DNA of 64,000 nucleotides from a virus (Duplodnaviria; Caudoviricetes): IMG/VR virus record IMGVR_UViG_3300042196_000418; one strand, 5' to 3'. Shown piece by piece: positions 9,868 to 19,922 of this stretch (position 1 is its first letter; each line of letters starts with the position of its first letter). The notes under the pieces were generated by a model. It saw only the letters and a program-made list of their open reading frames with translations, ran no database searches and was not told where the DNA came from. The position numbers and the translations under genes were made by a program.

Positions 9868-10949
9868 CCGATCGGCTGAAGGATCTCCAGCACGGCCGAC
9901 AGTGCCGTCTCACCCACGCAACAATCCATGTCATCGACACCAAACGAAACCACGACACGCTCGCCGTCGATCGCCAACCCCGCGGCGAACTCGATCCCGT
10001 TGGGCACCAACTTCATGGGAACACTTGCTGACTTCATACTGCCTCGCGAGTCGACCAAATACCAAACGTGCCAGTAATACTTCAATTTATCGACGAACTT
10101 CATCGCGTGGCCGACACCGAGCCATGCGTCATCGCCCACACGCACGAGCTGCGTCCCACCGCGTAGACCTTCGTAGCTCCGTCCTCCCACGGTCAGATTC
10201 GCGCGGTCCCGTTCACGCTTCTTCTTGCGCTCGTCACGCGTTCGCTCCTCGCGCTCCTCTTCGGATTCCTGTGCGCGCTCCTGCGCTCGACGCACGGCCC
10301 GCTGTGGCGTCTCGAAGGTCCGGCGCGAGCGCGTCGACGGATGCACCAGCGCGTCCTCGTAACGAAGCTCGCCGCGCTCGTCGAACAGCATTCCTTTGTC
10401 GATCGCATAAAGGAAGCGAGGTTCTGCACAACGGTCGAACGGCACCCAGTTTTTTTGCGGTGCGTAGCTGAACGCCTCGCCCCGGATCGGACGGGCCTGC
10501 ACGACATTGTATTCGGCGTCGAACCAGAGCAGCACCTGCTCGGCGATCTGCTTTCTCCGGTCGTTCCGCTGAAGGTGGAGCGCCGCCGCTACCCCCTGGA
10601 GTCCGTCCTTGTCCGTCCAGAAGAGCCGAACATCCTCGTATCCCACGCTGCCCGCGCTCGCACGCGGCAGCTCGTCGCGCTCGCGCATCTTGTAGATCTC
10701 GACGGGTTTCCATGACCGCGGATCGAAGATGACCATCGCGTTCTTGGTCCGCGACTCACCCGGCTTCGCCTTGCTACTTCGGATCAACGTGCCACCAGGC
10801 ATTGCGTAATCCGAACAGCGCAGCACGCACCGCCAGAGCTGACCGTCGAAGTGAATCGACGGATTCATCGACCACATCTCTTTGTGCGGCCGAAAGGAGA
10901 TGTCCGTGATCCTCCAAGGAATGAGTTCGTCGGCTCTCTTCACGTTCAC
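9864..10949 (-). CDS. Beta-propeller glycosidase-like protein (paralog 1)
   Basis: NPSI, GYEDVRLF, KNWVPF, LRGGT, IEFAAG, SFGVDD motifs. Confidence 0.65.
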   Translation of the reverse strand: MNVKRADELIPWRITDISFRPHKEMWSMNPSIHFDGQLWRCVLRCSDYAMPGGTLIRSSKAKPGESRTKNAMVIFDPRSWKPVEIYKMRERDELPRASAGSVGYEDVRLFWTDKDGLQGVAAALHLQRNDRRKQIAEQVLLWFDAEYNVVQARPIRGEAFSYAPQKNWVPFDRCAEPRFLYAIDKGMLFDERGELRYEDALVHPSTRSRRTFETPQRAVRRAQERAQESEEEREERTRDERKKKRERDRANLTVGGRSYEGLRGGTQLVRVGDDAWLGVGHAMKFVDKLKYYWHVWYLVDSRGSMKSASVPMKLVPNGIEFAAGLAIDGERVVVSFGVDDMDCCVGETALSAVLEILQPIG

Positions 10950-12244
10950 CCCCCGATCGGCCGCAACAGCTCCATGACCGCGGACAGCCGGGTCTCACCG
11001 AGGCGGCAATGCATGTCGTCGACACCGAACGAAACAACGACACGATCACCATCGATCGCCATCCCGGCAGCAAACTCGATGCCCTCCGGCGCGAGCTTCA
11101 TCGACTCGCTGGTGGCCGTCATCTTGCCGCCCGAGTCGACGCAATAAAACACGTGCCAGTAATACTTCTTGCCATCGACGAACTTCATCTCGTGGCCCAC
11201 GCCGAGCCACGAGTCCTCGGCCACGCGTACGAGCTGCGTCCCACCGCGGAGCCCGTTGTACTTCGGCAAGAGCATCCGACCCGAGCCCATGACTCGCGTG
11301 GAGTCGCTGCTGTGCCTTTGCGTGCCTCGCTGCTGCTGCGCAGAATGCGTCGCCGGTCGCGACGACGGCCGCGAGACCATCGCGTCGAGCTTGATCCGTC
11401 CACCGCGCACGATGCGAACGTCACCGCCTCGAATCCGCGGCAGCTTGCGCTCCGGCGCCTTCGCACGCTTGCCCTGATCACGATCGCGCTGATCCTGGTC
11501 CTGGTTGTGCTGCGGCGGAGGCGGCGGCGGCGGCGGCTCGGGCAGAGGTCCTGCCTCAACATCACCCAGCGCGCTCGGCTCGCTCGGCGCCTCACGAACC
11601 CGCGCCGATGGGCTGACGCGTGCCTCGTCACCGTGCAATGTCCCGCGATCGCCGAACATCGTGCCCTTGTCGATCGAATACAAGAAACGAGGTTCCGTGC
11701 TGTGGTCGAACGGCACCCAATTCTTCTGGGGCGTGCCGCTCCACCCGTCGCCGCGGATCGGATGTGCGCCGACGATATCGTAGTTGTCGTCGAACGAAAG
11801 CAACACCTGCTCGGGCGGCTGGTGCTGCGGCTTCATCCCAGATGCAGCGGTGCGAGGCTCGCGATCACGCCTGAGGTGGAGCGCGGCGGCGATCCCTTGC
11901 AGTCCACCCTTGTCCGTCTTGAACAGCCGCATGTCCTCGTAACCCACGTGAGGACACGACTCGCGGACCAGGCGGTCGTTCTCGTGCATCTTGAACACCT
12001 GAACAGCCTTCCACGATCTCGGATCGAAGATGACCATCGCGTTCTTGGTCTGCTGCCCTGTCGACCGCGCGCTCTTGCTCCGAATCGTCGTACCGTCGGG
12101 CATCGCGTAGTCACAGCAGCGCAGAACGCAGCGCCAAGTGTCACCGTCAAAGTGAATCGACGGATTGAAGGACCAGTAACCGTCGTACGGACGAATCGAA
12201 ATATCCGTGACCATCCACGGGATAACGTCCTGGGCAGCCTTCAT
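10946..12244 (-). CDS. Beta-propeller glycosidase-like protein (paralog 2, Pro/Arg-rich insertion)
   Basis: Same motif series as 9864-10949. Confidence 0.65.
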   Translation of the reverse strand: MKAAQDVIPWMVTDISIRPYDGYWSFNPSIHFDGDTWRCVLRCCDYAMPDGTTIRSKSARSTGQQTKNAMVIFDPRSWKAVQVFKMHENDRLVRESCPHVGYEDMRLFKTDKGGLQGIAAALHLRRDREPRTAASGMKPQHQPPEQVLLSFDDNYDIVGAHPIRGDGWSGTPQKNWVPFDHSTEPRFLYSIDKGTMFGDRGTLHGDEARVSPSARVREAPSEPSALGDVEAGPLPEPPPPPPPPQHNQDQDQRDRDQGKRAKAPERKLPRIRGGDVRIVRGGRIKLDAMVSRPSSRPATHSAQQQRGTQRHSSDSTRVMGSGRMLLPKYNGLRGGTQLVRVAEDSWLGVGHEMKFVDGKKYYWHVFYCVDSGGKMTATSESMKLAPEGIEFAAGMAIDGDRVVVSFGVDDMHCRLGETRLSAVMELLRPIGG

Positions 12245-12565
12245 GGATGAGCTTGTTTTCTCACGAAATCGCTACAGCCCGCACGCCCTGAGATCCCTTG
12301 CACGCGGGAAGGAAGATCTCGCCCGGCGTACTGGATGCGCGGCAGGCGATCCTCTTGATCCACTTGCACGCTTGCGCGCCCCATCTTCACCGCGCTACGT
12401 TGATCTTGGCACCTACCGGGATGCCTGAGCCCCATCGACCAGCCGCACCCTGGTCGCTCCACGGGGGATGAAGGGGATGACCCGCCGGGATGTGCTCTTG
12501 AATCTCTCTCTGCTCGAACGAGCGATCGGTGCGGGACAGCTCGAACGAGACGATGAGAGGTTTCA

Positions 12566-14704
12566 ATGAGCGACGACAAGAAGCGTGATCGTGCGTTGCA
12601 GCGCCGCGTGCGCGAACGCCAGGCCAAAACCGGCGAGAGCTATCAAACCGCGTGGCGACAGCTGACGGCTGACGCGACGCAGGATCCCTCCAGCAAGCCC
12701 GAAACTCCCAAGACCGCTCGCCGTGTCCCTTTACCAATGGGCACCGCCATCAAAGTCCTGCCTGGCCAAGTTGTGCTGATCACGGTGCGGCCTCAACTCA
12801 AGTCGTTTTGGCCCGAGCGTCTTTTAATCAAGAACGCTGATCGTTGGAACGTCAAGCGTCTCGCTGTCGAGCATCGGAACTCGTTACTTGAAGCTGGACC
12901 TCGTACGTCCACAACCTTCTCGCTAGACACGTGGCACCCACTCACTGCGCGAGAAGTTCACTGCGGCGAGGACGTCAGCGTAGAGGTGACTTACACCGGC
13001 CTCAACAAGGATGGCGAATCCTTCGAGGCCGCCTTGTTCGGCTGGGAGGGCGATCCTCCTGCAAAGTCAACGGATCGCGACAACGCGGATCGCTCGGAAC
13101 GTGTTTCAGAACGCGCAGAATCTTCAAGCGTGCCTGGAGCGAACAGTCCAGTCATCGAGCTGCCGTTGATCGTCACGTCCCCTACTCTCTTCGTAGATCG
13201 CCTCACGATCACGGACGCGAAAGACTGGATCGTGCATGACATCCGAACGCGCGGGAAATCAATCTTCGTGCAGAGTGGAGATCTGCCCGGGGAGATGTTC
13301 TCGGAGTCCGCACATGTAATCTTGGAGCCACTGACCGCGGATGACCGTGTCCTGGTCCTGGCGACCTATGTCGGAAAGGACACGACCGCACGTCTCGTGG
13401 TCACGCTATCGGGCACGACAGCGCCTCCGAACAGCCCACGCGTGTGCAGCTACTTCTTGCCAATGTCTACAGGCATTCCAATCTTGCCCGCACAAAGCGC
13501 GCAGATCACGGGTCGCCCCCAGTCGAACTTTCTGCCAGAGCGCCTGGTCATCGCTGACCCAGACGACTGGATCATCAACGACATCAAGGCAGGAATTCGC
13601 AGTCAGCTCGCCGCCGTTGGTGACATTCCAGGCCAAGCTTTCTCTAGCCGCACCGTCGGCGGTCACGTGACGCTCGATCCCGTACGAAGAAGCCAGGACT
13701 TCATCGTAGTCGTGACGCGCGGAGAAGACTGCAAGAAGGGCGCAAGTTTCTTCTGTGGTGTTCAAGGACGTGTGTTGCAGCACAACGAGCACGAACGCCA
13801 AACAGAAACCGACGAGCAGCTAGTTACCGCGACCGAGATCAACGCTGAGGCTAACACCATCGCCCGACGCCTCGTCCTTCCGCTCCATCTTCCTCATGTG
13901 CCGCCGCACCAACCGACACGCGTGACTGCTCGTACGGACAACGCCATGGACATTCACAGCATTCACATATCGAGCGCCGGTACGAACGGTGGCGCCGCCG
14001 CTTGGGTCGTGAACGACATCGAGATCGATGGTCGATCGCAGCTCACGCTCAAAGATCTGCCCGGCGCCTTGTTTGGGGGCAACGGCGTCGCGGCTGCGAA
14101 ACACGCAACGGCCAAGCTTTCGCTGGAAGGCTTCGATCCCGTAGAGCGAAATCGCGAACTGGCCCTTATCGTGACCTATGTTGGTCCCAATCCTGAGGGG
14201 GCAGTCTTCTACGCCGCTGCCGTGGGCTTCAAGCCGCCGCAACGGCCCACCATTGTACCCATCGCATCAAAGTCTCCACTTCCACCGATAACGGAAGCAA
14301 CGATCACGGCACGTATTCAAAACGCGCCCTTCCAGATGACCAGGATCGAGATCGACGCCGGACACACCCCAGGTGGAGCGGCTGACTGGATCGTTAAAGA
14401 TCTACGCATCAACGGGAGAACCCAATTCGCGCAGTCTGGTGACATCCCAGGAGATATGTTCGCGAGCAGCGCGATCGACACCTTCGTCAAGATGGAGGCT
14501 TGCGAAGCTGGCAATGCGATCGAGATTGACGTGACCTATATCGGGCTGAATGAAAGCGGCGCTATTTTTTCCGCACGGCTCGAAGGCGTCGTCACGCGAG
14601 GCGACTACAACGTCCCGCCACCAGACTTGAACGTGCTCGTTGAGACATCCGGTCAGGGTCCTGGAGAATTCGTCGTCGCGACATGCAACTGGCGCGCGCC
14701 GTAA
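12566..14704 (+). CDS. Protein with five tandem copies of the putative shell (jelly-roll-like) domain
   Basis: Five segments align by eye with the conserved domain of 40073-44432 (e.g. LPMSTGIPILPAQSAQITGRPQ; GGAADWIVKD..QFAQSGDIPGDMF..VTYIGLNESGA); short N-terminal helix RERQAKTGESYQTA. Confidence 0.85.
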   Translation: MSDDKKRDRALQRRVRERQAKTGESYQTAWRQLTADATQDPSSKPETPKTARRVPLPMGTAIKVLPGQVVLITVRPQLKSFWPERLLIKNADRWNVKRLAVEHRNSLLEAGPRTSTTFSLDTWHPLTAREVHCGEDVSVEVTYTGLNKDGESFEAALFGWEGDPPAKSTDRDNADRSERVSERAESSSVPGANSPVIELPLIVTSPTLFVDRLTITDAKDWIVHDIRTRGKSIFVQSGDLPGEMFSESAHVILEPLTADDRVLVLATYVGKDTTARLVVTLSGTTAPPNSPRVCSYFLPMSTGIPILPAQSAQITGRPQSNFLPERLVIADPDDWIINDIKAGIRSQLAAVGDIPGQAFSSRTVGGHVTLDPVRRSQDFIVVVTRGEDCKKGASFFCGVQGRVLQHNEHERQTETDEQLVTATEINAEANTIARRLVLPLHLPHVPPHQPTRVTARTDNAMDIHSIHISSAGTNGGAAAWVVNDIEIDGRSQLTLKDLPGALFGGNGVAAAKHATAKLSLEGFDPVERNRELALIVTYVGPNPEGAVFYAAAVGFKPPQRPTIVPIASKSPLPPITEATITARIQNAPFQMTRIEIDAGHTPGGAADWIVKDLRINGRTQFAQSGDIPGDMFASSAIDTFVKMEACEAGNAIEIDVTYIGLNESGAIFSARLEGVVTRGDYNVPPPDLNVLVETSGQGPGEFVVATCNWRAP

Positions 14705-14792
14705 CTTCACCCCGTTCACTGCCGTGTGCTTTGTCGAAAGCGTTACTTGAGTTCGCGAAGAGCCGGTAGCAGCAGCAAATGATCCAGCACGA

Positions 14793-15392
14793 TTAGATGG
14801 CACTGCCGATCATCGCCGAAAAGAATGTACAGTCGTTCAAACCGATGTACATGACGTCAACCTCGATCGACTCCTTGCACGCGTGATACTCGACGACGGT
14901 ATCCACAGCATTCGTCGCGAACAGATCTCCGGGGACCGGGCCCGGCTGCTTGAACTGCGACTTTCCGTCACCACGAAGATCCTCGATCAGCCAGTCAGCG
15001 GCACCCCCGATCGAGCCGGCGTTGCTAACGACGAAACGGCTGGGAAGGAAGGGGCCACCTAGAATCGGAAGCTTCAGGGTCACTTTCTGCATAGCCCGCA
15101 CGCGAGGCTCAGTGGTGGGTTTGGTAGTTGCATCCTCCGCTGTGTAGTGAACGGCCGAGCTGATCGGCATGATCATCCGCCGCTCTCCGTTGGGCGCAGC
15201 GAGAACGGCCGCATAGATCTCGGTGATGAATCCAAGCGCTTCGGGTGGCAACTCGAACGAGCGGCGAATCTCGTCGCAGGTCTTGATATCGATCTTCTTC
15301 AGCAGCGCGACGGTCTGTTGCTTCGCTGCCTCGCGTGCCTGATCGGAGATGTCGCGAAAACGGAGGTTGGCGAGGTGTTGGAGGTTGTGCAT
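14793..15392 (-). CDS. Diverged single shell-domain protein with helical N-terminus
   Basis: SNAGSIGGAADWLIED..SQF..VPGDLFATNAVDT..MYIGLN..FFSAMIG. Confidence 0.8.
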   Translation of the reverse strand: MHNLQHLANLRFRDISDQAREAAKQQTVALLKKIDIKTCDEIRRSFELPPEALGFITEIYAAVLAAPNGERRMIMPISSAVHYTAEDATTKPTTEPRVRAMQKVTLKLPILGGPFLPSRFVVSNAGSIGGAADWLIEDLRGDGKSQFKQPGPVPGDLFATNAVDTVVEYHACKESIEVDVMYIGLNDCTFFSAMIGSAI

Positions 15393-15434
15393 CGAACGAT
15401 CTTACACCCCGTCACCCCGTCAGGTCTTAGTGCG

Positions 15435-16238
15435 TTAGAACCAGGCGCGGCCGGCAACGGCGGAAGTCCGTGCAGCCGAGCCCCACACGCGACCGACGAA
15501 CTCGGCGTTGCGCAGCGTGTCTTCGAGACGATTCGCGAGGCCGCGCTTGCTCGGCGCGTTCCATAGCCGCTGGAGACCATCACCCATCTGGGCAAGGGGG
15601 AACGACATCACCTTCTGCCGCAGATCGTTCCAGCTCGTCGGCGGCGAGCCATCGCGCCGCGTGATCTTGGGGACCAGCTCGGTGATCACGGCCGGAGCTG
15701 CATGGATCTGCTTGACCGCCGATCCGAAATCGAAGCTCGTCTCCGGCCAGTTGATGCCGTTCTGCGCGAACACACGACGAACCGCGTCGCGCGACGCCAG
15801 CACCTTTCGGAGACCAGCCCCCACCTGCATGTCGAGCTCTGCCTCCGAAAGCCAAGAAATGTCGCGTGGGTTCTGCGTCTTACTCTTCTGACAAAGCACC
15901 CGCAGACCATCGAGCGTGGCGCCGTACTTGGCGTCACCCGGAAACATGAGCTGGAAGATCCCGACCTCGTTCGAGAGCCCCGGGGAGCACATATCTCCTC
16001 CACTCTCGATCCGGATCCACTCGAGGATCGCGTCGACGGGAAGATCTTGGGCACGCTTCGCGACCTCATATCGCCATCGCTCGACGAGCGAAGGGAACTT
16101 GCCAAGCGGTCCCTGCGTACGCTCTCGCGGTGAGCCGTAGATCGCAGCACTCGCGCGCGAGGAGCGCGTAAGGAACACAAAGAGGCCGGCGATCGCACCG
16201 ACACCGATCGCCGCTCCGACGGCTCGGCCGTTACGCAT
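15435..16238 (-). CDS. Membrane-anchored lytic transglycosylase-like protein
   Basis: N-terminal TM; IRIESGG..VGIFQL (SLT motifs I/II); start MRNGR at 16238. Confidence 0.65.
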   Translation of the reverse strand: MRNGRAVGAAIGVGAIAGLFVFLTRSSRASAAIYGSPRERTQGPLGKFPSLVERWRYEVAKRAQDLPVDAILEWIRIESGGDMCSPGLSNEVGIFQLMFPGDAKYGATLDGLRVLCQKSKTQNPRDISWLSEAELDMQVGAGLRKVLASRDAVRRVFAQNGINWPETSFDFGSAVKQIHAAPAVITELVPKITRRDGSPPTSWNDLRQKVMSFPLAQMGDGLQRLWNAPSKRGLANRLEDTLRNAEFVGRVWGSAARTSAVAGRAWF

Positions 16239-16239
16239 G

Positions 16240-17436
16240 CTAGCCCTGCGGAGCTTCAGCCGACGTCGGAGTGACGTCATCCAAACCAAACGTCGCGTCC
16301 AAGGCGGGCGCGATGGCATCCGACGCAGGCTGCGCATCCAAGGCCGCCTTCGCCTGAGCGATCTCCGCCTGGTTCTGAACGACCGCGCGCTGACCGTCCA
16401 TCTTGACGATCACCGGCGGAAGCGAAGTACGCGCGGTACGGCGAGGAGCCATTGCGGCATTGCGCTGCGAGCGCGCGCCTGGCATAGAGTACGACCGCGC
16501 ACCGACACGGCCAGCGGTGTACGAGACTTGCGGTGTCGGAGCGATCGACACAGAAGCTGCCGCAGCGACGGTCGGCGTGGCCGAGACGACTGCCACGGGA
16601 GCTTGTGCGGCGAGCGCAGCGGCCTCGGCTCGCACCACCGTCGCGACCAACGCCTCGTCGATCTTCTCGATCATCTCCTTGGCGAACTGAATCGCTTCGG
16701 AGAGAACCGGCGCCTCCGCGGTCTCGACCGGCGTCTCGACCGGCGTCTCGACCGGCGTCTCGACAGCCGCGAGAAGATCAGCGAGGTACTTGTCCGCGAG
16801 GTGATGACAGAGCATCAGCTGATCGGTGGTGAACTCCGGCACGGAGGGAAGTACCACCTGCGGCACCGCAGGCGCCGCAACGCGTGCGATGCGTACCTGG
16901 CTCGTGTTCGGAGCCGCCGCGCGTGAGACGTATCCGTGACTCGGCACGGTCGCGAGGGCGGTAGGCGTCGCGACGTACCCCTGATTGGCGCGCACCACGC
17001 GCGGCGAGCTCAGCACGGGAGGCGCGCCCGGGATCCGTGGAGGTCCGCCCGCAACGTTGGGCATGTTCTGCACCTGGGGTTTGCCTCCGTCCATCTTGAC
17101 CTGGATCATCGGCAAGCCGCCGGTGGCAACAGCCCCGTGCTTGCTGTCCTTGACCAGGACCGGTTGGTCTCGACCATCGTCGAGCTGTGGCCCGTTCTGG
17201 GTCATCTTGACAGAAACCATGGGAAGACCGCCCGTCGTCACGGCCGCGTTCGCGTCCTTCGGTGGCAGGATCGTAACCGCCTTCTGCTGGCCCTCCTGAA
17301 CCTGAGGTCCGCCCGGTACAGTCCTCACCTGCACGAGCGGAAGTTCGCCCGTCTTCAGAGGGCCGTGTGGTGGAGTGGTTCCGACAGAAGCGTTGCGCAC
17401 GATCGCGTTGTTTCGAAGCAGGGTCACGTCCGACAT
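16240..17436 (-). CDS. Hypothetical protein with internal TG(G/E)LPxxxV repeats and VETP repeats
   Basis: Three TG[GE]LP[ML]-containing units; VETP x3. Confidence 0.7.
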   Translation of the reverse strand: MSDVTLLRNNAIVRNASVGTTPPHGPLKTGELPLVQVRTVPGGPQVQEGQQKAVTILPPKDANAAVTTGGLPMVSVKMTQNGPQLDDGRDQPVLVKDSKHGAVATGGLPMIQVKMDGGKPQVQNMPNVAGGPPRIPGAPPVLSSPRVVRANQGYVATPTALATVPSHGYVSRAAAPNTSQVRIARVAAPAVPQVVLPSVPEFTTDQLMLCHHLADKYLADLLAAVETPVETPVETPVETAEAPVLSEAIQFAKEMIEKIDEALVATVVRAEAAALAAQAPVAVVSATPTVAAAASVSIAPTPQVSYTAGRVGARSYSMPGARSQRNAAMAPRRTARTSLPPVIVKMDGQRAVVQNQAEIAQAKAALDAQPASDAIAPALDATFGLDDVTPTSAEAPQG

Positions 17437-17466
17437 GGGGATTCCTTTCGAGGTTTGATTATAGCG

Positions 17467-18372
17467 TCAGAGTGCCAGCTCGAAGATCACGGACATGCGC
17501 ATCTTGTGGCCGGACTCGTTGAACACACTGAAATACTGCCCGGCATTAGGTACTTCGACGCGCGACTGGTGATCGGACACGAAGAAGTCGCCCACGCAGT
17601 GCTCGCCCTTCGGGTCTTGCCAGAACCGGATCCATCCGATCGTGAGGGTCGGCGACTTGTGGTGGTGGTCTCTGCATCCGATCAGGACCGCGCACTTGGC
17701 GAAGTGCGGCACATCGCACACGTCGCTATCGTGGTGATCCTTGACCTCTCCGACGAAGATCGTCCGTTGAGCATGCGACTCGGCGAAGCCCGGTCCGACG
17801 TGCCCCGCAAGGTAGTACGCCGCACTCGTCCCGAAGATATCGCCACAGTGCTTGGTCTGCGTGACCAGCGCGGTCACGCGTAGATACGACGCGCTCGGCA
17901 CCGGAACCGTCACGCCGTTCAAGTAGTCGACGATGACTTTGGTGTTCACGCCGCCGACGCCGAACTCGATCAGCGCCTCCAGGGGCGGCCACCGAATCGA
18001 TTCCTTCGTCCCCGGAAAGTCACACACGGAGACCTCGGAGTTGGTCTGCTCGCCCGTGACGTTCTGCTGATCGAGCCGCTCGTTGAGCTCGGCGAACGAC
18101 AATGGGATCACGCGCGGAGGATGAAGCGTCAGGCTGAGCTGGCACGCGTCGAGGTCGTCGCCCTGGACGGAGATCATATCGACGGACGCTTGCTGCACGC
18201 AGTCGATGTGATGGTCGTAGATCAAGATTGATCGGATCCCGAGGCACTGGCCCATCGCAAGCCGCCCAAAGGGCGACAGGCCAGGACGATCTTCACCGGG
18301 CCGAGGCGGAAGGCCGTTGCCCGGGTAGATCTCGTCGATGCGAAGGAGCCTTGAAAGCCGAGGATCGTCCAT
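17467..18372 (-). CDS. Hypothetical beta-rich protein (possible minor capsid/vertex protein)
   Basis: Alternating hydrophobic strands; position in the structural operon; function is inference. Confidence 0.5.
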   Translation of the reverse strand: MDDPRLSRLLRIDEIYPGNGLPPRPGEDRPGLSPFGRLAMGQCLGIRSILIYDHHIDCVQQASVDMISVQGDDLDACQLSLTLHPPRVIPLSFAELNERLDQQNVTGEQTNSEVSVCDFPGTKESIRWPPLEALIEFGVGGVNTKVIVDYLNGVTVPVPSASYLRVTALVTQTKHCGDIFGTSAAYYLAGHVGPGFAESHAQRTIFVGEVKDHHDSDVCDVPHFAKCAVLIGCRDHHHKSPTLTIGWIRFWQDPKGEHCVGDFFVSDHQSRVEVPNAGQYFSVFNESGHKMRMSVIFELAL

Positions 18373-18375
18373 GGT

Positions 18376-19797
18376 TCAGTACCTTCCGCCGCGCGCCGAA
18401 GGAAACGCGGAAGATGACGCACCGGCGGACATCGTGCTCTTGCCGCGAGTGCGAAAAGACACCGTCTTGCCCGCAGGCTTGTCGCGCGTTACCGCATACA
18501 CGAGGGCCGCGAGGCCGCCGAGACCCACCACACCAAAGGCGATCTTCGCCTTGGTCGACATGGGCTCCGGCAGAAAGCTCTCTGTCGTTGGTTCGCTCGA
18601 TGGCGTCGGAGCACCTTCCGTTGGAGAAGGCGGCGGACCTTCCGAAGGAACACCCGGCGGCATCGGCGGCTGCATGCCCGGCGGCTGCATGCCCGGCGGC
18701 TGCATGCCCGGCGGCCACGGCTGCATTCCGGGACGCGGAATGCCCGGAGGCATCGGTCGCATCGGAGGCTGCTGCGGGAGCGGCGGCGGCATCGGCTGCA
18801 TGCCCGGACGAGGCGGCATCGGCTGCTGCGAGAGCGGCGGCGGCCACGGCTGCATGCCCGGCTGCTGCATGCCCGGATGTGGAGGCTGCTGCATCGGAGG
18901 CAGACGCGGCGGCGACGGCTGCACCACCGGAGGTGTCGGACGCGGAGGCGGCGGCTGCTGCACTACCGGAGGTGTTGGACGCAGAGGCGGCTGCTGCACT
19001 ACCGGAGGTGTTGGACTCGTGAACGTGAGCCTGCCTTCGTTCGCCTCGCGCTCGACCTCGTGCAAGATGTCCATCCAGGTCTTGGCCATCTTTCGATCTT
19101 GCGGATCCGACATGTCGAGCTTTTTGCCCGGCTTGTAGTTGTGGCGCAGCCAGAATCTGTTGTTCGTCTCCCGGTACAGTGCTTCGGGCGGCAGCGTCGG
19201 ACGTGCAGGTGGCGGCGATGGTTGTTCGCGCGGCGGCGACGGCGGCACGTAGCGAGGATCCCATGGGTCGTCTTCGGGACGAAGGACCTTCCCGTTCTGC
19301 GGCTGCTGCACCGCCTGCGTCTGCGCGTGGGCGAGGTGATCAGCCGCCGGAGCCTGCGGCGGAGGCGGCGTCTTCGCGGCCTCACGTGCTGCGTCTTGCA
19401 CGACCCGAGGCGACACAGTCGCCGGCTGATTCACCGCCGCCTCGGCCAACTTCTGCGCTGCGACTTGTCCCGCGGTCAAAGCGGCAGCGGTGTGCTGTTG
19501 TGCCGTCTCCGGATCAGGCGCCTTCGCCGCAGCATCAACGTGCGCTGCGGCGATGGTGTTCGCGATCTCAGCGTCGGCAATATTCTGTGCGACCTTGGGA
19601 TGATCATACGTCGTGACGAGAGTGCCGGCGTCAGCTTCGGCCTGAACCTTGCGAAGGATATCCATCCAAACAGGCATCATCGCCTTGTCGGTTGGATTCT
19701 TCGGATCGAGCTTCTGCCCCGGACGAAACCCAGTGGTCGTCCAGAAGCGTGCGTTCGTTTCCGCATTGAGAATGTCCCTGCTGATCGGGGTCGCCAT
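18376..19797 (-). CDS. Pro/Gln-rich protein with a duplicated ~50-aa domain and C-terminal TM anchor
   Basis: ETNxRFW..PGxKLD..WMDIL occurs twice; PPGMQ repeats; IAFGVVGLGGLAALVY; start MATP at 19797. Confidence 0.75.
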   Translation of the reverse strand: MATPISRDILNAETNARFWTTTGFRPGQKLDPKNPTDKAMMPVWMDILRKVQAEADAGTLVTTYDHPKVAQNIADAEIANTIAAAHVDAAAKAPDPETAQQHTAAALTAGQVAAQKLAEAAVNQPATVSPRVVQDAAREAAKTPPPPQAPAADHLAHAQTQAVQQPQNGKVLRPEDDPWDPRYVPPSPPREQPSPPPARPTLPPEALYRETNNRFWLRHNYKPGKKLDMSDPQDRKMAKTWMDILHEVEREANEGRLTFTSPTPPVVQQPPLRPTPPVVQQPPPPRPTPPVVQPSPPRLPPMQQPPHPGMQQPGMQPWPPPLSQQPMPPRPGMQPMPPPLPQQPPMRPMPPGIPRPGMQPWPPGMQPPGMQPPGMQPPMPPGVPSEGPPPSPTEGAPTPSSEPTTESFLPEPMSTKAKIAFGVVGLGGLAALVYAVTRDKPAGKTVSFRTRGKSTMSAGASSSAFPSARGGRY

Positions 19798-19922
19798 GGA
19801 TTCTCCAAGTATCGAGAAAGTATCAGGGACAGCCGAAGGACGCTGGGCCTTGAGACGTGGGGCCGATCTTAACACGGCGCACGCAGGTCCCACGAATTCG
19901 CGCGACAGCACACCGACGTATT

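Noticed and set aside
18338-19138. Cys/Gly-rich 266-aa + strand ORF resembling a metallothionein
   Set aside because: Reverse complement of the PPGMQ/QQPP repeats of the minus-strand gene
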